DNA from: Octopus vulgaris
Taxonomy: Eukaryota
Direction: 5' to 3'
DNA length: 64,000 bases
NCBI GenBank assembly: GCA_951406725.2
Contig: OX597816.1
Location: forward strand, 118,234,001 to 118,298,000
The notes beneath the pieces are model-generated. The model saw only the letters and a program-made list of their open reading frames with translations, did no database searches and was not told the origin of the DNA. Numbering within the stretch: the stretch's first letter is position 1; the number at the start of each line of letters is the position of its first letter. Shown piece by piece: positions 49,781-62,569 of the stretch. The translations under genes were made by a program, and so were the position numbers.

Positions 49781-50536
49781 TAGCACTGTGGGTGGGGTGA
49801 ATTAGTGAAAGCAGCCATATCCATCACGTATCACTTCTCAAGAGAGAGAAAGTAAGCCCCTTAGGGAAAGTGAACATGACAACCACAATTGTTTACTCTC
49901 CACCACCACCAGTCTAAATCTCAATGCCCAATTAAGAAATTACCATTAACAATGTAATTCTCAGTGTTGGTGGTGCTGTTGTTGGTGTTAGTATTCAATA
50001 TGGTTTTGTGTCAGAAATGGTGGTGATAGTGGTTGTTGCTATCAGTGGTGTTGCTATTTAACTGCAGTTCAACTTTGATTGAGAAGACCTATAATCAAAA
50101 ATATTCCAGTTATGACCATTCCGTCTCCTATTTCAGATAGCATATCTAGGACAGCATTAACGGTAGCTACTATTTCTAGGAAATTATACACTATTTACTC
50201 TATGTTTCCAGGTATCAACACACATTTACACACACACACACACACACAAAATCTACATGATGCCAGTTGTCTTGAATGCAGGAACCTTTAGGCTGCAACA
50301 AAGTAAATAAATAAGCATTAAAAACTTGTCAAATTCTACACCAGTGTGTCTTGATCTTTTATTTCTATATTCCCCACACACCACCTTTTCCAATTAAACC
50401 CACATATGATAAGGAAATAAAATGCAATCAAGTACACAAAAACACTATTTATCATGACATTAACAGTCATATTAATGTAATATTTTCAGTCCTTAAAATT
50501 AATGCCAAGGCAAATAAATGTAGCAAAAACAACACA

Positions 50537-50882
50537 AACAAGAGCACAAGCCTCCGCCAAGGCAACACCAATGTTCTCCCAATGATTAGTTGGAGAAGAT
50601 TTTTAAAATAAGAATATCTGAAATAAACTCAACTGCTCTCACAAATAAGAATACTAAAAATGAACCTAACTGCTCTCAAAAATTAATAAACAAAACTGGA
50701 AAAATAATTCAGAATCTTTGTCTGGTACTAAATCGATCCCAAAATCTAATCAGTTTGTGCCAGTCACAAGGCCAAACATCCCTGAAAGTTTCATCCGAAT
50801 CTATTTAACGGTTCTTGAGATATCTTGTAAACAAACACAACTGAAAACAATACTTCTACCTTCGCTAAGGTGGAGGCAATAA
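50537..50882 (+). mobile_element. Helentron-associated non-autonomous element (HINE/DINE-1-like)
   Basis: Starts AACAAGAG with subterminal GCCTCCGCC; interior AAAGTTTCAT...TTCTTGAGATATC; AAAC repeats; 3' hairpin CTACCTT-CGCT-AAGGTGG ending GGTGGAGGC, complementary to the 5' subTIR. Confidence 0.65.
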
Positions 50883-51050
50883 TGATTAGGAAATCTTCAA
50901 CCCTCAAGCACTTTTGTCAGCGAAATCTTGAAATTTAAGTAAGCAGAGGAAATGTTCAACAAATTAAAAATTGCAGTAGCAGACCAATGAAAATGTAGAG
51001 CAGATTGGAAATAGTAAAGATTAATAATATGAGATCAGTAGTGTGGTCAA

Positions 51051-51250
51051 TGAATCCAGCAGTAGCAGTAGTAGTGACTAATCTCAAGACTTCAGTGAAG
51101 CAGTTCAATTCACAAATGTATGATTTCAGATTCATTCCCATGGTGTGGCATTTTTGGAAACGTTTTCTGCCATCAGACACACATATACTTACATGGTGAT
51201 TGATCCAACTACACAAATGATTGCTGTCTCTCTGAGCTTTGTCATTGCCA
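51051..51250. repeat. Local direct duplication, copy 1
   Basis: About 200 bp, roughly 85-90% identical to 53025-53237. Confidence 0.95.
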
Positions 51251-51936
51251 AAGGCATTTCAGATCAACCCTGACTGAGCAGATTTGTGATCAAAGATGTT
51301 CCAGCTAGAACCTTCACATTCATATTTTAGTACTGTATGCATAGCATCAGATTATTCCACTGCACTAATGATTCGATTTTTCAAAGATAACTGGGTGTGA
51401 TCTGAGAAAGATTAGGCTGCTATTTCTAACAGTCTGAACAGCTACATTGAGGCTCTCTTATTGTTGGGTCATAATGTCCATGTTAAGATAGCTTATGCTT
51501 GAGCCTTCCCTACTTCAAAAGTCTATTCTATGTATGTATGTTTGTATGTATGTGTATATATGTATGTATGTATGATCAAAGTTAATCAAATGTAAAAGAC
51601 GAGTTATTTGCAATTTTGCAGTGAGCAAGCAACAAGTTGTTGTAAACAAAGCTGTTGAAGCAGTGTTTGGCAAATTATGATTATACAAATTCCGGTAGAT
51701 TCTTAAATGTGTTCCTCTCTCTCCTTCTTGTCCCCATCCCAGCTTCTATGTTATCACAACATGTGCGTGGTTGTGTGCATGCATGCACATACTTATGTTG
51801 TGTACTAAAAAAATGAAGATGAAAAGATTTTTTAATTAAATATGCATCAGATAAGATTAGATAAAAAAACACAAAGAATTCACAATACACACACACATAT
51901 GTATATATAAAACATATCTATAATATATGTATCACG

Positions 51937-51971
<35 letters not shown>

Positions 51972-52402
51972 GCCATGCAAACTGTATTGTTCAGCACCTA
52001 ATCAATACCAGATTGTTTACAAAAGAGAATTCTTTTTATTATTGTCTGATTCTCTTGCTGTTCATGCTGGTGCTATTGATTGTTGTTGCAGTTATTGCTG
52101 GTGTTGTCATTTATAAATATATTTTTGGATGTACTTTTGTTATTCAAGTAAGGTTTGTGTTTGTCTCATCGGTTAAAAAAAAAGAAAAAGGTCTTTTAAC
52201 AGGAAATATCAGTACAGAGACTCACTGTTTGGACAGCTTGAAAGAATTTCTAAATTTGACAAACATTTATTTACCCCTGTACCATGCATGTGCTGTGTGT
52301 GAGGAGAGAGCGAGAGAGAGTGAGAAAGTTGAAAACGTAATTGGATATTAAAGGTATTGATCACAATGAGAAAGAAAATGTCTGCATTGGTTTTAAATTG
52401 AC

Positions 52403-52434
<32 letters not shown>

Positions 52435-53024
52435 ACAGTGGGGACAATGTCATGGCAATAGTGCTGGGTGTGTAGCAAAAGGAATGGTGGTGATATGACA
52501 GAAGTAACGATGGTAGGGGGATGACATAAGCAGTGAGCGGGGGGGGGGGAAATAACAGAAGTCACAGTGGGTTGTGACAAAAGTAGTGAAGGTGGAGTAC
52601 CAAGAGGAATTACGGTGACTGATATGATAGAATAGCGGTGGGTGTGGTATGACAGTTGTAATAACTGTGGTTGTAGTGCCGATACAAGTGCAACAGGGAT
52701 TGTATATTAATTGTAGTGGTCATGGCGGTGGTGGTGGTAGCATGACGACAACAACAATGGTGGTAGTGGTAATGGTCATATGATATAACAGAGAAAGTGA
52801 TGGTTATTGTAATCACAAAGTGGCTGTGTGGTGTTATAACAGTAGTAGTGTTGGTGGTGGTGGTGGTGGTGGTGTTATGATAACTATTGATGTTGATGAG
52901 GATTATGTTATGGCAGCAGTAGCGGTAGTGGTGCTGCTGTTGCTACTGTCAATCTTATAACAGTGATAGTGGTGATGTTATAACAGCAATGATGGTGCTA
53001 TGACAGCTATGGTGGTGGAGACAG

Positions 53025-53237
53025 TGAATCCAGCAGCAGCAGCAGTAGTAGTAGTAGTAGTGTCTACTCTCAGGACTTCAGTGAAGCAGTTCAATTCACC
53101 AACTGTATGATTTCAGATTCGTTCCCCTGGTGTGGCACTTTTGGAACTGTTTTCTGCCATCAGACACACATATACTTACATGGTGATTGCTCCGACTACA
53201 CAAACGATTGCTGTCTCTCTGAGCTTCATCACTGCCA
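53025..53237. repeat. Local direct duplication, copy 2
   Basis: Matches 51051-51250; embedded in a degenerate (GGT/GAT)n tract spanning about 52440-53370. Confidence 0.95.
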
Positions 53238-54402
53238 CAGTGGTGGTGTTATTATGACAGCTGTGATGTAATGCTGGTGTTTACATGGCAATGATGATGG
53301 TGATAGAGGTAACAACAACAGCATCAACAGTGAGCAGCAGTAGCACCACTTGTAATCATGACAATGGCAGCTAAAATGATAAACTGTTGCTTACACATAA
53401 CAACATTACACACAGTGTGAGTGTGTATGTGCGCACACGTGCACGCTTGTGTGTTTGTGTGTATGTATGTTGTTGTAGAAATCTCTTTTTAATAGTTGTG
53501 TTGAGTTGGTCACATCCCTTAACAGAAATTGATAAACATAGCATATAAGCAAACATCCATCCCTTTAACTATCAAAAGACTACCATTGAAAATAATATAC
53601 ATTTCGCTTTTCCATCTTTTCTAGAACCTGCGATGCCCCATCTACACTTTGGAATATTTTTCTTTTTTTCTTTTATTTCTTTTTTTTTCTTTCTTTTCTT
53701 TTTCAGCCTGACAGAACAGCAGACCATCTTGAGCATTTGACATTTTCTTGTCTTCTTTCTTGGACTTGCAATTATAGAATTCTTTCAAATGACAACTTTG
53801 AAAAGAACTGCACAACACAATAGTGTTTTGTTGACATTTCTAGAGTTTCTATTTTAATCTTTATAGAATATGGCTAGCAGCTCTAACATCACCATCTATC
53901 AAACATAATTGTCTCATTCTTTCAGCTTATGTCTCAATAATATGTGTGTGTGTGTTTTTTTCTGATTACGAATCTGTGTTGTCAGCACGTGTGTGTGTGA
54001 ATATGTATGTATGTGCGTGAATTTTGTTACCCTTTCTTTTTATAACAAAACTTTGTATTAGTTGTCATTAACAAGTTGTAAAGCAATAATAGAAATGACT
54101 AGTAAATTAATTACACAGTAGAAAATGTTATGTTTGCAAGACAGTTTTAAATGCATTTAAACATGCCAAGCAATTAAAAAGTTCACATCTGTTACTGACA
54201 GTACCAGTGAATTCAGTTTGGCCCTTCGGTCAGCAGCTAGTCCAGTGATAATGATATTGGTGACAACAGCAATAATGTTACTCGTGGTGATAATGACAGT
54301 AATAGCAATAATATAGAAGATGCCTAACTGCATTCAGATAAACTCATGCCACACTATTCCAAGATCAAATAAACTTTACACTATAGCAAGAAAAATGTTT
54401 CT

Positions 54403-54608
54403 GGCAGAATCGTTAGTATTCCAGGTGAAATGCTAATAGGTATTTCACCCATCTTTATGCTCTGTGTTCAAATTCAACCAAAGTCGACTTAGCCGTTCAT
54501 CCTTTCTGGGACAATAAAATACGTACCAGTTGAGAACTGGGGTTGATGTAATCAACTAACCCCATCCCCCAAATTTCAAGCCTTGTGTCTATAGTAGAAA
54601 GGATTATA
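54403..54608 (+). mobile_element. tRNA-derived SINE (family B)
   Basis: CTGGCAGAATCGTTAG...GTTCAAATTC...TTCATCCTTTC...GTACCAGTTGAGAACTGGGG...GCCTTGTG...AGAAAGGATTAT. Confidence 0.85.
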
Positions 54609-55432
54609 TTTTAACTTATTATTAACTCCACACATGTAAGTATATGCACATTTACTCACACATACACTTGCCACTGCCAAAGTATAAAATTCCTCTCCAA
54701 AGAGGAGCTAAATATCATAATACAAGAACTGCTATACCAAAGTTCCAAGTTCTAAATGTGGTTGCTTTAAGTATATTTGTCTGAGCCATTGTAGAAAATT
54801 TGCTAAAATCAACTTAATTTTGCTTCCATTTGTTTGTTGTTACCCTATTGTCTCCCAACATGATGCAAACAATATCTATTTTAAATCTACCATGCCAGTA
54901 ATGAACTGAACTGTTAATTAAAACAGATTTTTTGATAAATTGACAAATGGAAAATTATATATATCAATTAGTCTTATATGAATGAGGAGTCAAACTCATT
55001 CCTCACAAAAGTAGGCAGTAATGTGTTAGAGTGTTTGTGAACCACAGGAGATCCAGAATATTCTCACTTGGCTTTTTGATTTATAAGTGAAATTTTGGTT
55101 GTGGCCTTTACTGGTGACACATAAACAAAGACAGGAAAAGGAACAACAAGCAGGGTATTAGTTTAATGCTCAGGAAGAATGGAAAAGTCTTTGACATTTT
55201 GACCCTATGCTCTTTGACAGAAAAGATTGAGGGGGGAGAAGGAAAGAGAAAACAATGTGTAGGGTTTAATGGTTCAACATTGTGAAATGGCTGGAAGAAA
55301 GAGGCTAAGTGAAAAGGAGACAACACTGGCCTGGCCAAACTAGGGTGTGCAAGTGTATGTGTGAATGTGAGAATGGTGTGAGTGTGTATGTGTGAATGGG
55401 GGGGCAAGTGTGTGAGTAAGTGTGTGTGTGGG

Positions 55433-55598
55433 CGAGACAGGCTTCTTTCAGTTGCTGTCTACCAAATCCACTCACAAGGCTTTGCTCAGCCTGAGGCTAT
55501 AGTAGAAGACACTTGCCCAAATTGTCACACAGGGGGACTGAACCTGGAACCATGTGGTTTGGAAGAAAGCTTCTTACCACACAGCTACACCAGTGCCC
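55433..55598 (-). mobile_element. Family A SINE head
   Basis: GGCTTCTTTCAGTT..TGTCTACCAAATCCACTCACAAGGC...GACACTTGCCCAA...GGGACTGAACC...CTTACCACACAGC. Confidence 0.88.
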
Positions 55599-57065
55599 CA
55601 AAAATTCAATTGTTATAAATCCTTAAAATCCTTAAAAATGTTTTAGCCCGAAGGCGGCGGCCATGCTGGGGCACCACCTTATGCTTAAGGTTTAAATCCA
55701 GTCTTTGAAAGCATGGATGGTGATAGTTATAGACAAGCTGTGCAGATCAGCAAACATTGCCAGAAAAGCATGGGCAACTCTAATCCACTTGATCAATACA
55801 CATAGGTTTAATTAACCTTATTCACTTATCTTTAACACTCTGTGTAGGAGGACCTAAAAATAAACACTTAGCTTTGCTCTGCTTCCACAGTCAAACATCA
55901 TCAACAACAACAATGGCCACAACAATCACAACAAAACACCAATCACAATAAAACTGAAAATAGACCATCAAAAGTTTGGCATAGAGCAAAACATGTGATA
56001 TGGTGATTGGTGATTGGCTGAACACTACTAATGATGATGGAGAATGTAAATAGTATTATTCACATTATTATTATTATCATTATTAACAAAAACAACAATA
56101 TGATGATGAATCTGGAAAGCTAAAAATCTGTAACCATGTCCAAACAGTAGTTGGAAACAAAACAGAAATATCAACTTCGCAAATGAGGTACATCTAAAAA
56201 GAGAATAAAAACAAATATATAAATGAGTATAATCCACGGCGCAGTTTATGCAAATCGACTAAAACTATAGCAGTCCAGAAAGGATGTTGAGAAGGTTAGC
56301 AATTCTATAACAGTTCTGCTTTGTTTTTTATAAAACTATGTTCTGTAGAATAACTGCAAAAAATGTTTTCATAACAATGGTACTTTCATTACTAATGCTT
56401 TTTGTAGTTAATTCTTAACTATCATAACTAGAATTTTAATTTATATTACGCAGGCAGTAGAAAAAAAGATCAAGTACCAACCAGTGTCTAGTTTCTATGA
56501 TGTGAGTTCAAAAATCTAGCCTAGAACAATTTTATCTTTCATCCCCTCCTACAGTTGATAAAAGAACTTATCAGGCATATACTGAAGTCAGTATAATCAG
56601 CTGTTAACAACATCAACAATACCATCAACACCACAATGACAACCCCCACCTTCACATGATCACTCAACCATTAGAAACATCAGCAAAATTCTATCAGACC
56701 AAACTAGCCATCCTAATGAAGAAAGGATACACTGGACATGATACTTCTAGATATACAAACAGTGGGGAGGGATTGCCGTAACTGGAATGCCTCTGATCGT
56801 ATTTCTGCTCTATCAGACTTGACCTGGGGTTACACAACAAAAACAACTCTAATACCACTATAACTATCATTATCCGCTTAACAGTTATTATTATTAATCC
56901 AAACCATAAATAAATCTATCCTTATCCACTGATGCACTAATTATATCTTATTAACTATAACACAATTACATTTTGTAAGAAGCACAGAAGAATAGGTGGT
57001 AAATACCAAGCAAACGAAGATGGCAACCTAAGTTTCACTCCGAGTGCAACTATAATCCATTTATG

Positions 57066-57555
57066 CAACCAATAATCAAAAGAAAAACAAGAACATAACT
57101 TCCATTGGCTAACTAATGATCAGAAGAAAGACCATTGACTAACTAATGATCAAAGCAAAGTCATAAATATAACTTCCATCAGCTAACTAATGATCAGAAG
57201 AAAGACCATTGGATAACTAATGATCAGAGGAAAGACCATTGGCCAACTAATGATCAGAAGAAAGACTATTGGCTAACTAATGATCAGAAGAAAGACCATT
57301 GGCTAACTAATGATCAGAGGAAAGACCATTGGCTAATGAATGATCAAACAAAAATCAAACACAACTTCCATTGGCTAACTAATGATGAGAAGAAAGCTCA
57401 TTGGCTAACTAATGATCAAAGGAGAGTTATAACACAACTTACATTGGCTAACTAATTAATGATCAGAGGGAAGACCATTGGCAAATTAATGATCAAACAA
57501 AAGCCATAAACACAACTAACTAATGATCAGAGGAAAGACCGTTGACTAATGGCTA
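57066..57555. repeat. Minisatellite: 21-bp core with short and long spacer classes
   Basis: About 14 copies of CCATTGGCTAACTAATGATCA, each followed by GARGAAAGA (9 nt) or an A-rich spacer of 21-23 nt ending CAACTT or TAACTT. Confidence 0.95.
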
Positions 57556-58227
57556 AAGAAATGAAATAAACAAACACACTTATAGCTTCCCTTCCAGTCA
57601 AGTCCATACAGTTGATCATTTATAGATGGAATATTGATCTTTAATTACATATTACCAATATTAAACTTGAGGTGTAATGAAAGCACTTATGGGTCATTGA
57701 GTCATCACCAGAAAATAAATATTCATATAGAATGGGCTACCAATAGATAAGCCTGGTGGAATCTATCTATGTCTAGACTTTTGAGAATTTCTGAAAATTG
57801 CAGGTATAAGGGAAGAAAAGTGAAATGGGAATCAAACTACACAATGATGCTCGTACCACTATTAATGAACTCTTTATTTTGATACTTTATTTCCGCACTA
57901 TTTATTTTTCAATCCTGTTAGAGTCAACTTTCATTGTTCAGTGATCAATATAGCAGTCAAATACAGATGTAAAACTGACTTGACCATGCCTCTGTGCTTT
58001 GTACCAATTGATGGCACTGTGCCAATCTTGAAAATTATTGTCATTATTATTTTATTAGTAGTAATCTTTTTGGTAGTCTCTCAAGGTTGAGAAAGATGAA
58101 CTTGCCCTGTGCTGTGCATAAGCTTACTCTCTCTATCAAATCAATGATGCATGTACAGGCACATATCACACCATGTGTCAGGTGTCGAGGTGATCACATT
58201 AGTAGTAGTAGTAGCAGCAGCATGCTG

Positions 58228-59290
58228 TTGAATTGGCAGAATCATCTGAACATTGGAAAATGTCTTTTAATATTTTTTCCAGCTCTTTACATTCTGAGTT
58301 CAAATACCACCAAGGCCAACCTTGTTTTCCATTCTTTTTTGGTATCACTAAAATAGAATACCAATCAAAATGTACTGAGGTTGATGGTATTGACTGGTAA
58401 CTTCCCTTCATCATAATTACTGGCCTTATGCCTAAATCAGAAACAATTATTACAGCAGTGGATTGTCAGTTTTTAGAGAGTGTCAGAAAAAATGCCTTGC
58501 AGTATTCCTTTCAGTTTTTAATATTCCAGGTTGAGTACTGGGGTCAATGTAAAATTTCAAAATTTCAAGCCTTTATTTCTATTATTAAGGTGGTGAGCTG
58601 GCAGAAACGTTGGCGAGCTGGCAGAAACATTAGCATGCCAGGCAAAATGCTTAGAAGTATTTCGTCTGCCTTTACATTCTGAGTTCAAATCCTGCCGAGA
58701 TCAACTTTGCCTTTCACCCTTCCGGGGGTTGATAAATTGAGTATCAGTTGTGTACTGGGGTCAATCTAATCGACTGCCACCCCCCTCCTCAAAAATTCCG
58801 GGCCTTGTGCTTAGAGTAGAAAAGACTATTATTATTATCATCATCATCATCATCAATGGTGGTGCTCCAGCATGACCACAGCTTTAAAGTTGAAACACTT
58901 TAAAGATATTTATTGGCAGAATCATTAGAACATCAAGCAAAATGCCTGGCAGTATTTGTTCGAGTTCTTTACATTCCAAATAGAAATATCACCAAGATCA
59001 ATTTTTATCAATCCTTCTTGGGTAGATAAAATAAAGTACCAGTAAGATACTGGGACCAATTTAAATTGCCAACTTTTTACTCTAAATCTCTAACCTTGTG
59101 CTTATGAGAGAAATTCTTATTAGCAGAAATGGCAATGTACTGAGAAAAAAAAAAGGATTTTTCCTCCTGCTTTTCCAATATCTGTGTAAGAAATACCAGT
59201 CGAGTACTGGGGGTCTGAATAATCAACTGATCCACCTTCATTTTGTAATTTGTAGCTTTGTTCTCAGGTTAGAACTTACCACTATTATTA
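58228..59290 (+). mobile_element. Tandem cluster of family B SINEs; best copy 58589-58835
   Basis: About five same-orientation copies, recognisable by TGGCAGAA...TTAG, GAGTTCAAAT, GTACCAG..GAGTACTGGGG and CCTTGTGC, separated by (ATT)n tails. Confidence 0.8.
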
Positions 59291-59574
59291 TTGCTATCGT
59301 CATTGTCATTAATATTATAGAACAGGTGTTGCAGTGATTATTACAGAGTTGGTCATAAACCCAAACCTTATGAGTACCATTAAGTTGTGCCTTTGAGGAA
59401 AGCAAATAATCTTCTGCTAACTCTCTAGTTTGCTTGAATGAGCACAGAGCAGATTCTATCTCCGCTTTACAGCTGAACAGCTAACGGAAAGAGAGAGAGG
59501 AAACCAAGTGTAAAAAAACAATTACTCCAATATAAGGCCATCCACTGACTTAAGAAAGGAAAATTTGTGATCAA

Positions 59575-59945
59575 ACAATGAAGGAAGAGGAGAAAAAGAA
59601 AGTGGAGAAAAGGGAGGATGAGCAAGAGAAAAAGAGATGAGAAGAGAAGAAAAAGAAATGGAGAAAAGGAAAGATGAGCAAAAGAAAAAGAGAAGAGGAG
59701 AAGAGAAGAAAAAGAAATGGAGAAAAGGGAAGATGAGCAAGAGAAAAAGAGATGAGCAAGAAAAGGAGGGAGAAAAGAAAAGGAAACAGGAAAGAGGAAA
59801 GACAAAGAAGAGAGGAGTAGGAAGAGAAGAAAAAGGAAAGAAATGGAGAGGAAGAGGAGGAGGAGAAAATGAAAAAGAAACAGAAGAAAGAAAGAAAAGG
59901 GAATAAAGAAAAAGAAACAAGAGAGGAGGAGGAGGGGAGGAGGAG
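59575..59945. repeat. Polypurine/polypyrimidine low-complexity tract with internal repeats
   Basis: Almost pure A/G on the plus strand; AAAAAGAARTGGAGAAAAGGRRRGATGAGCAA recurs three times. Confidence 0.9.
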
Positions 59946-60261
59946 GGTTCATGGCATATAAGTGTATGGCTTCATAATCTAAATTCAAATCTCACAAAAA
60001 TGAACTATTTGTTCAAATATTCAAACTTTTATTTTGATTCAGCTCGTCTTAGTATTATTACTGATTATATCAGAACAGTGTCATAACTGGTGGAGCATCA
60101 GACAAAAATGCTATTTGGTGCTTAATCAGGTTTTGTGCCTGAAGATGGAATCCTGCCAAGGTCAGAGTTTTGTTACAACTTCCTAAAGTTAATAAACGAA
60201 CTACCAATCAAATACCAGGTTTAATTAAAACCACATCTACATTTCAGCCCAACGTACATAC

Positions 60262-60647
60262 ATCATCGTCATCATCACTTTTACATCCACTTTTGCATGT
60301 TGCATGGGTTGGGTGGGAATTCATTGAGAGAAGTTTTCTACGACCAACAGGACACCACCAGCCCTTATCTGTTTTCAAGCAAGGTAACATTTCCCCATGG
60401 GCTGATATGTTTTTCACAAAAGACTGGAAATGAACAACATTGCTTGTATGACAGCCATACTTATGTACAACCATCTTGTAATTTCAAGATGGGGTTCTTT
60501 CAGTTTCCATCTACCAAATTCACCCTAAAGGCTTTGATTGGCCAATAGCTATAGCAAAAGACACTTGTCAAAAATATCATGCAGGGTGACTGAACCCAAA
60601 ACCACATGGCTGGGAAGCAAGTTGCCTAACCACACATCTATGCCCGC
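60262..60647 (-). mobile_element. A/RTE-tail SINE
   Basis: CATCATCGTCATCATC...CATCCACTTTTGCATG...CAAGCAAGGTAAC...TTCTTTCAGTTTCCATCTACCAAAT...AACCACAC. Confidence 0.85.
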
Positions 60648-61212
60648 AATAATGCTGTGTGATTTTGTAAATATGCAATAGATTATCATTATGCAATAGC
60701 CCACTGCCTGAGTTCAAATCTTTCTATAGCTTATTTTGTCCTTCATTCTTCCATGAAAGATATATATTACACCAGTAAGATACTGTGATCAAATTATTTG
60801 ATTATACAATTCTTGTAAAAAAATTGACCTTTCAAACAACAATTCAAAAAGTAAAATAAATCATTGCCTTTTGCAGTTGTTGTTGCAATCCAGAAGAATT
60901 TAAAATAACAGTAATACGTCATTGTTTCAAGTGACCATGAAGTCTTTCCTAAAAAGCAACCAAAACAAACAAAAAAAAATCAGCAGCAGCACAAGCCTCT
61001 ATACAGTTTCCCGACCAACTAAAAGTGGTGATTAAATATCTTTACAGTGTACAGGAAACTGGGATTTTTTTTTTGTAAAAAAAAAAAGAAAAGAACAAAA
61101 CATTTTTTAACCATTTAGTTTTCACCATTCATGGTCCTTTATTCTTCAGGACTTCTGAGATTGATGGCAGAAAGTTATCCACAAACTAGAGATTTGATCC
61201 CTTGATTTAAAT

Positions 61213-61558
61213 CAGGGTTTCTCAACCATTTTTCTATCTATGGACTCCTTTAATTACTATTCTGGTGGACCCCCCACCCCCACCCAATAGCCATTCAATG
61301 TTTAAAAACTAGTTTTATAGAACCTTCTTTCAAAATTCCTATTTTGTTTTTCTCACACTAACTTGTTTAGGTTGAACTATGTAAAATGTTAGAGAAAGAA
61401 ACTTAGCTGTTTCTTCCAATACAAAAGCTAAAGCTAAACTTTTTCAGGCTCCCTTAAAATACTATTGTGAGTCCCCAATTTATGATTTTGTTGTGTGGAA
61501 CCTCAAAAATCTTATATGGCCCTTTAGGGGCCGTATAGACCTCAGTTAAGAACCACTG
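61213..61558. mobile_element. hAT (Charlie-like) MITE
   Basis: TIRs CAGGGTTTCTCAAC and GTTAAGAACCACTG; subterminal TGGACCCC-like motifs; 8-bp TSD not cleanly preserved. Confidence 0.7.
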
Positions 61559-62569
61559 GTGTAATTGGTTGAAATAAAATGAATTCTGCTTACAGAATCA
61601 AAACCATCAAGTGGTGGTGTGATGACCCTGGGAAATAGATTAAGCCCATCATACTAAAAATTCAGGATATGAGAAATGGAAACACAGAAAGGCATTTTGT
61701 CCAACACTTTAAGAAGTCCCCCAATCCATCATCAGAGAATGGTAAAAATTGAAGTTGGTCTCAGCAGTATTTGAACTCAGAATGCAGAGAACTAAAACAG
61801 ATAACTAAAAGAAGGCCGTTTGTCCTGCATTACCACTTACATAACTGTTGATGTACATAAGACAGGCGAGTCTTGTGATTCTTAAGTCTCTTCAATCAGG
61901 TTAAGCTAGAACTAAACAACAACAGCAACAATCTCATCCTCACCATCATAATCTCCACCACCACCACCAACATTATCATCATCATCATCCTCCTCAACAC
62001 TGCTATTATCCCTAACCTTGCTAAATACAGTCACCCTCCCTAACTTCTTCATCACCACCACCATTTTCATCATTTTTATTATTCTTATTTAAATTAAAAC
62101 AAGAGAGAGGGAACAAAAGAATGGAGGAAAAACAAGAATCTAGATAGACACAAATGGATGAAAAAAAGCTAAAAAAAAAAAATGCTGAATGCAGCAATTC
62201 TTTGAAAACAAGAAATCGAAGAAGAAATAAGAAAGCAGGAATAAAAGACGAGGGGTGAGGGTGAGGTGTTCTGGGTGAGGGTGAGGGTGTCAGGATAGGT
62301 GGTGGGCAGGTCAGGAAACCATCCCATTACAGAAGAAGAACAGTGTACAGATGAGTTGCTGGACTGCAGAGAGTGGCATATGCAGAAGAGATTGCAGTTC
62401 TCAAAACAGAGCAATCAATACAGACTTAACAACTAAATATTGCAATTGCACTCACCAGCACCTACCCACTTCTTTTTTTTTTCCAATTTATTTACCCTCA
62501 TATATAAATAAATTGACCATTTATCATCATGCCACCCTCTTCTCTACCACTTTATTTTGATCCTCATAT

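Noticed and set aside
51185-51200. ATACTTACATGG resembles the 5' end of U1 snRNA
   Set aside because: Similarity stops after about 12 nt; no U1 stem-loops or Sm site follow.
57102-57555. CRISPR-like repeat/spacer look, and an open plus-strand frame of HWLTNDQKKD repeats
   Set aside because: Eukaryotic context with no cas genes; spacers fall into two related classes rather than being unique. The frame is broken by stops and indels and lacks an upstream start.
59467-59988. 173-aa F/L/S-rich ORF, the longest in the track
   Set aside because: Translation of a polypyrimidine tract, which lacks stop codons for compositional reasons.
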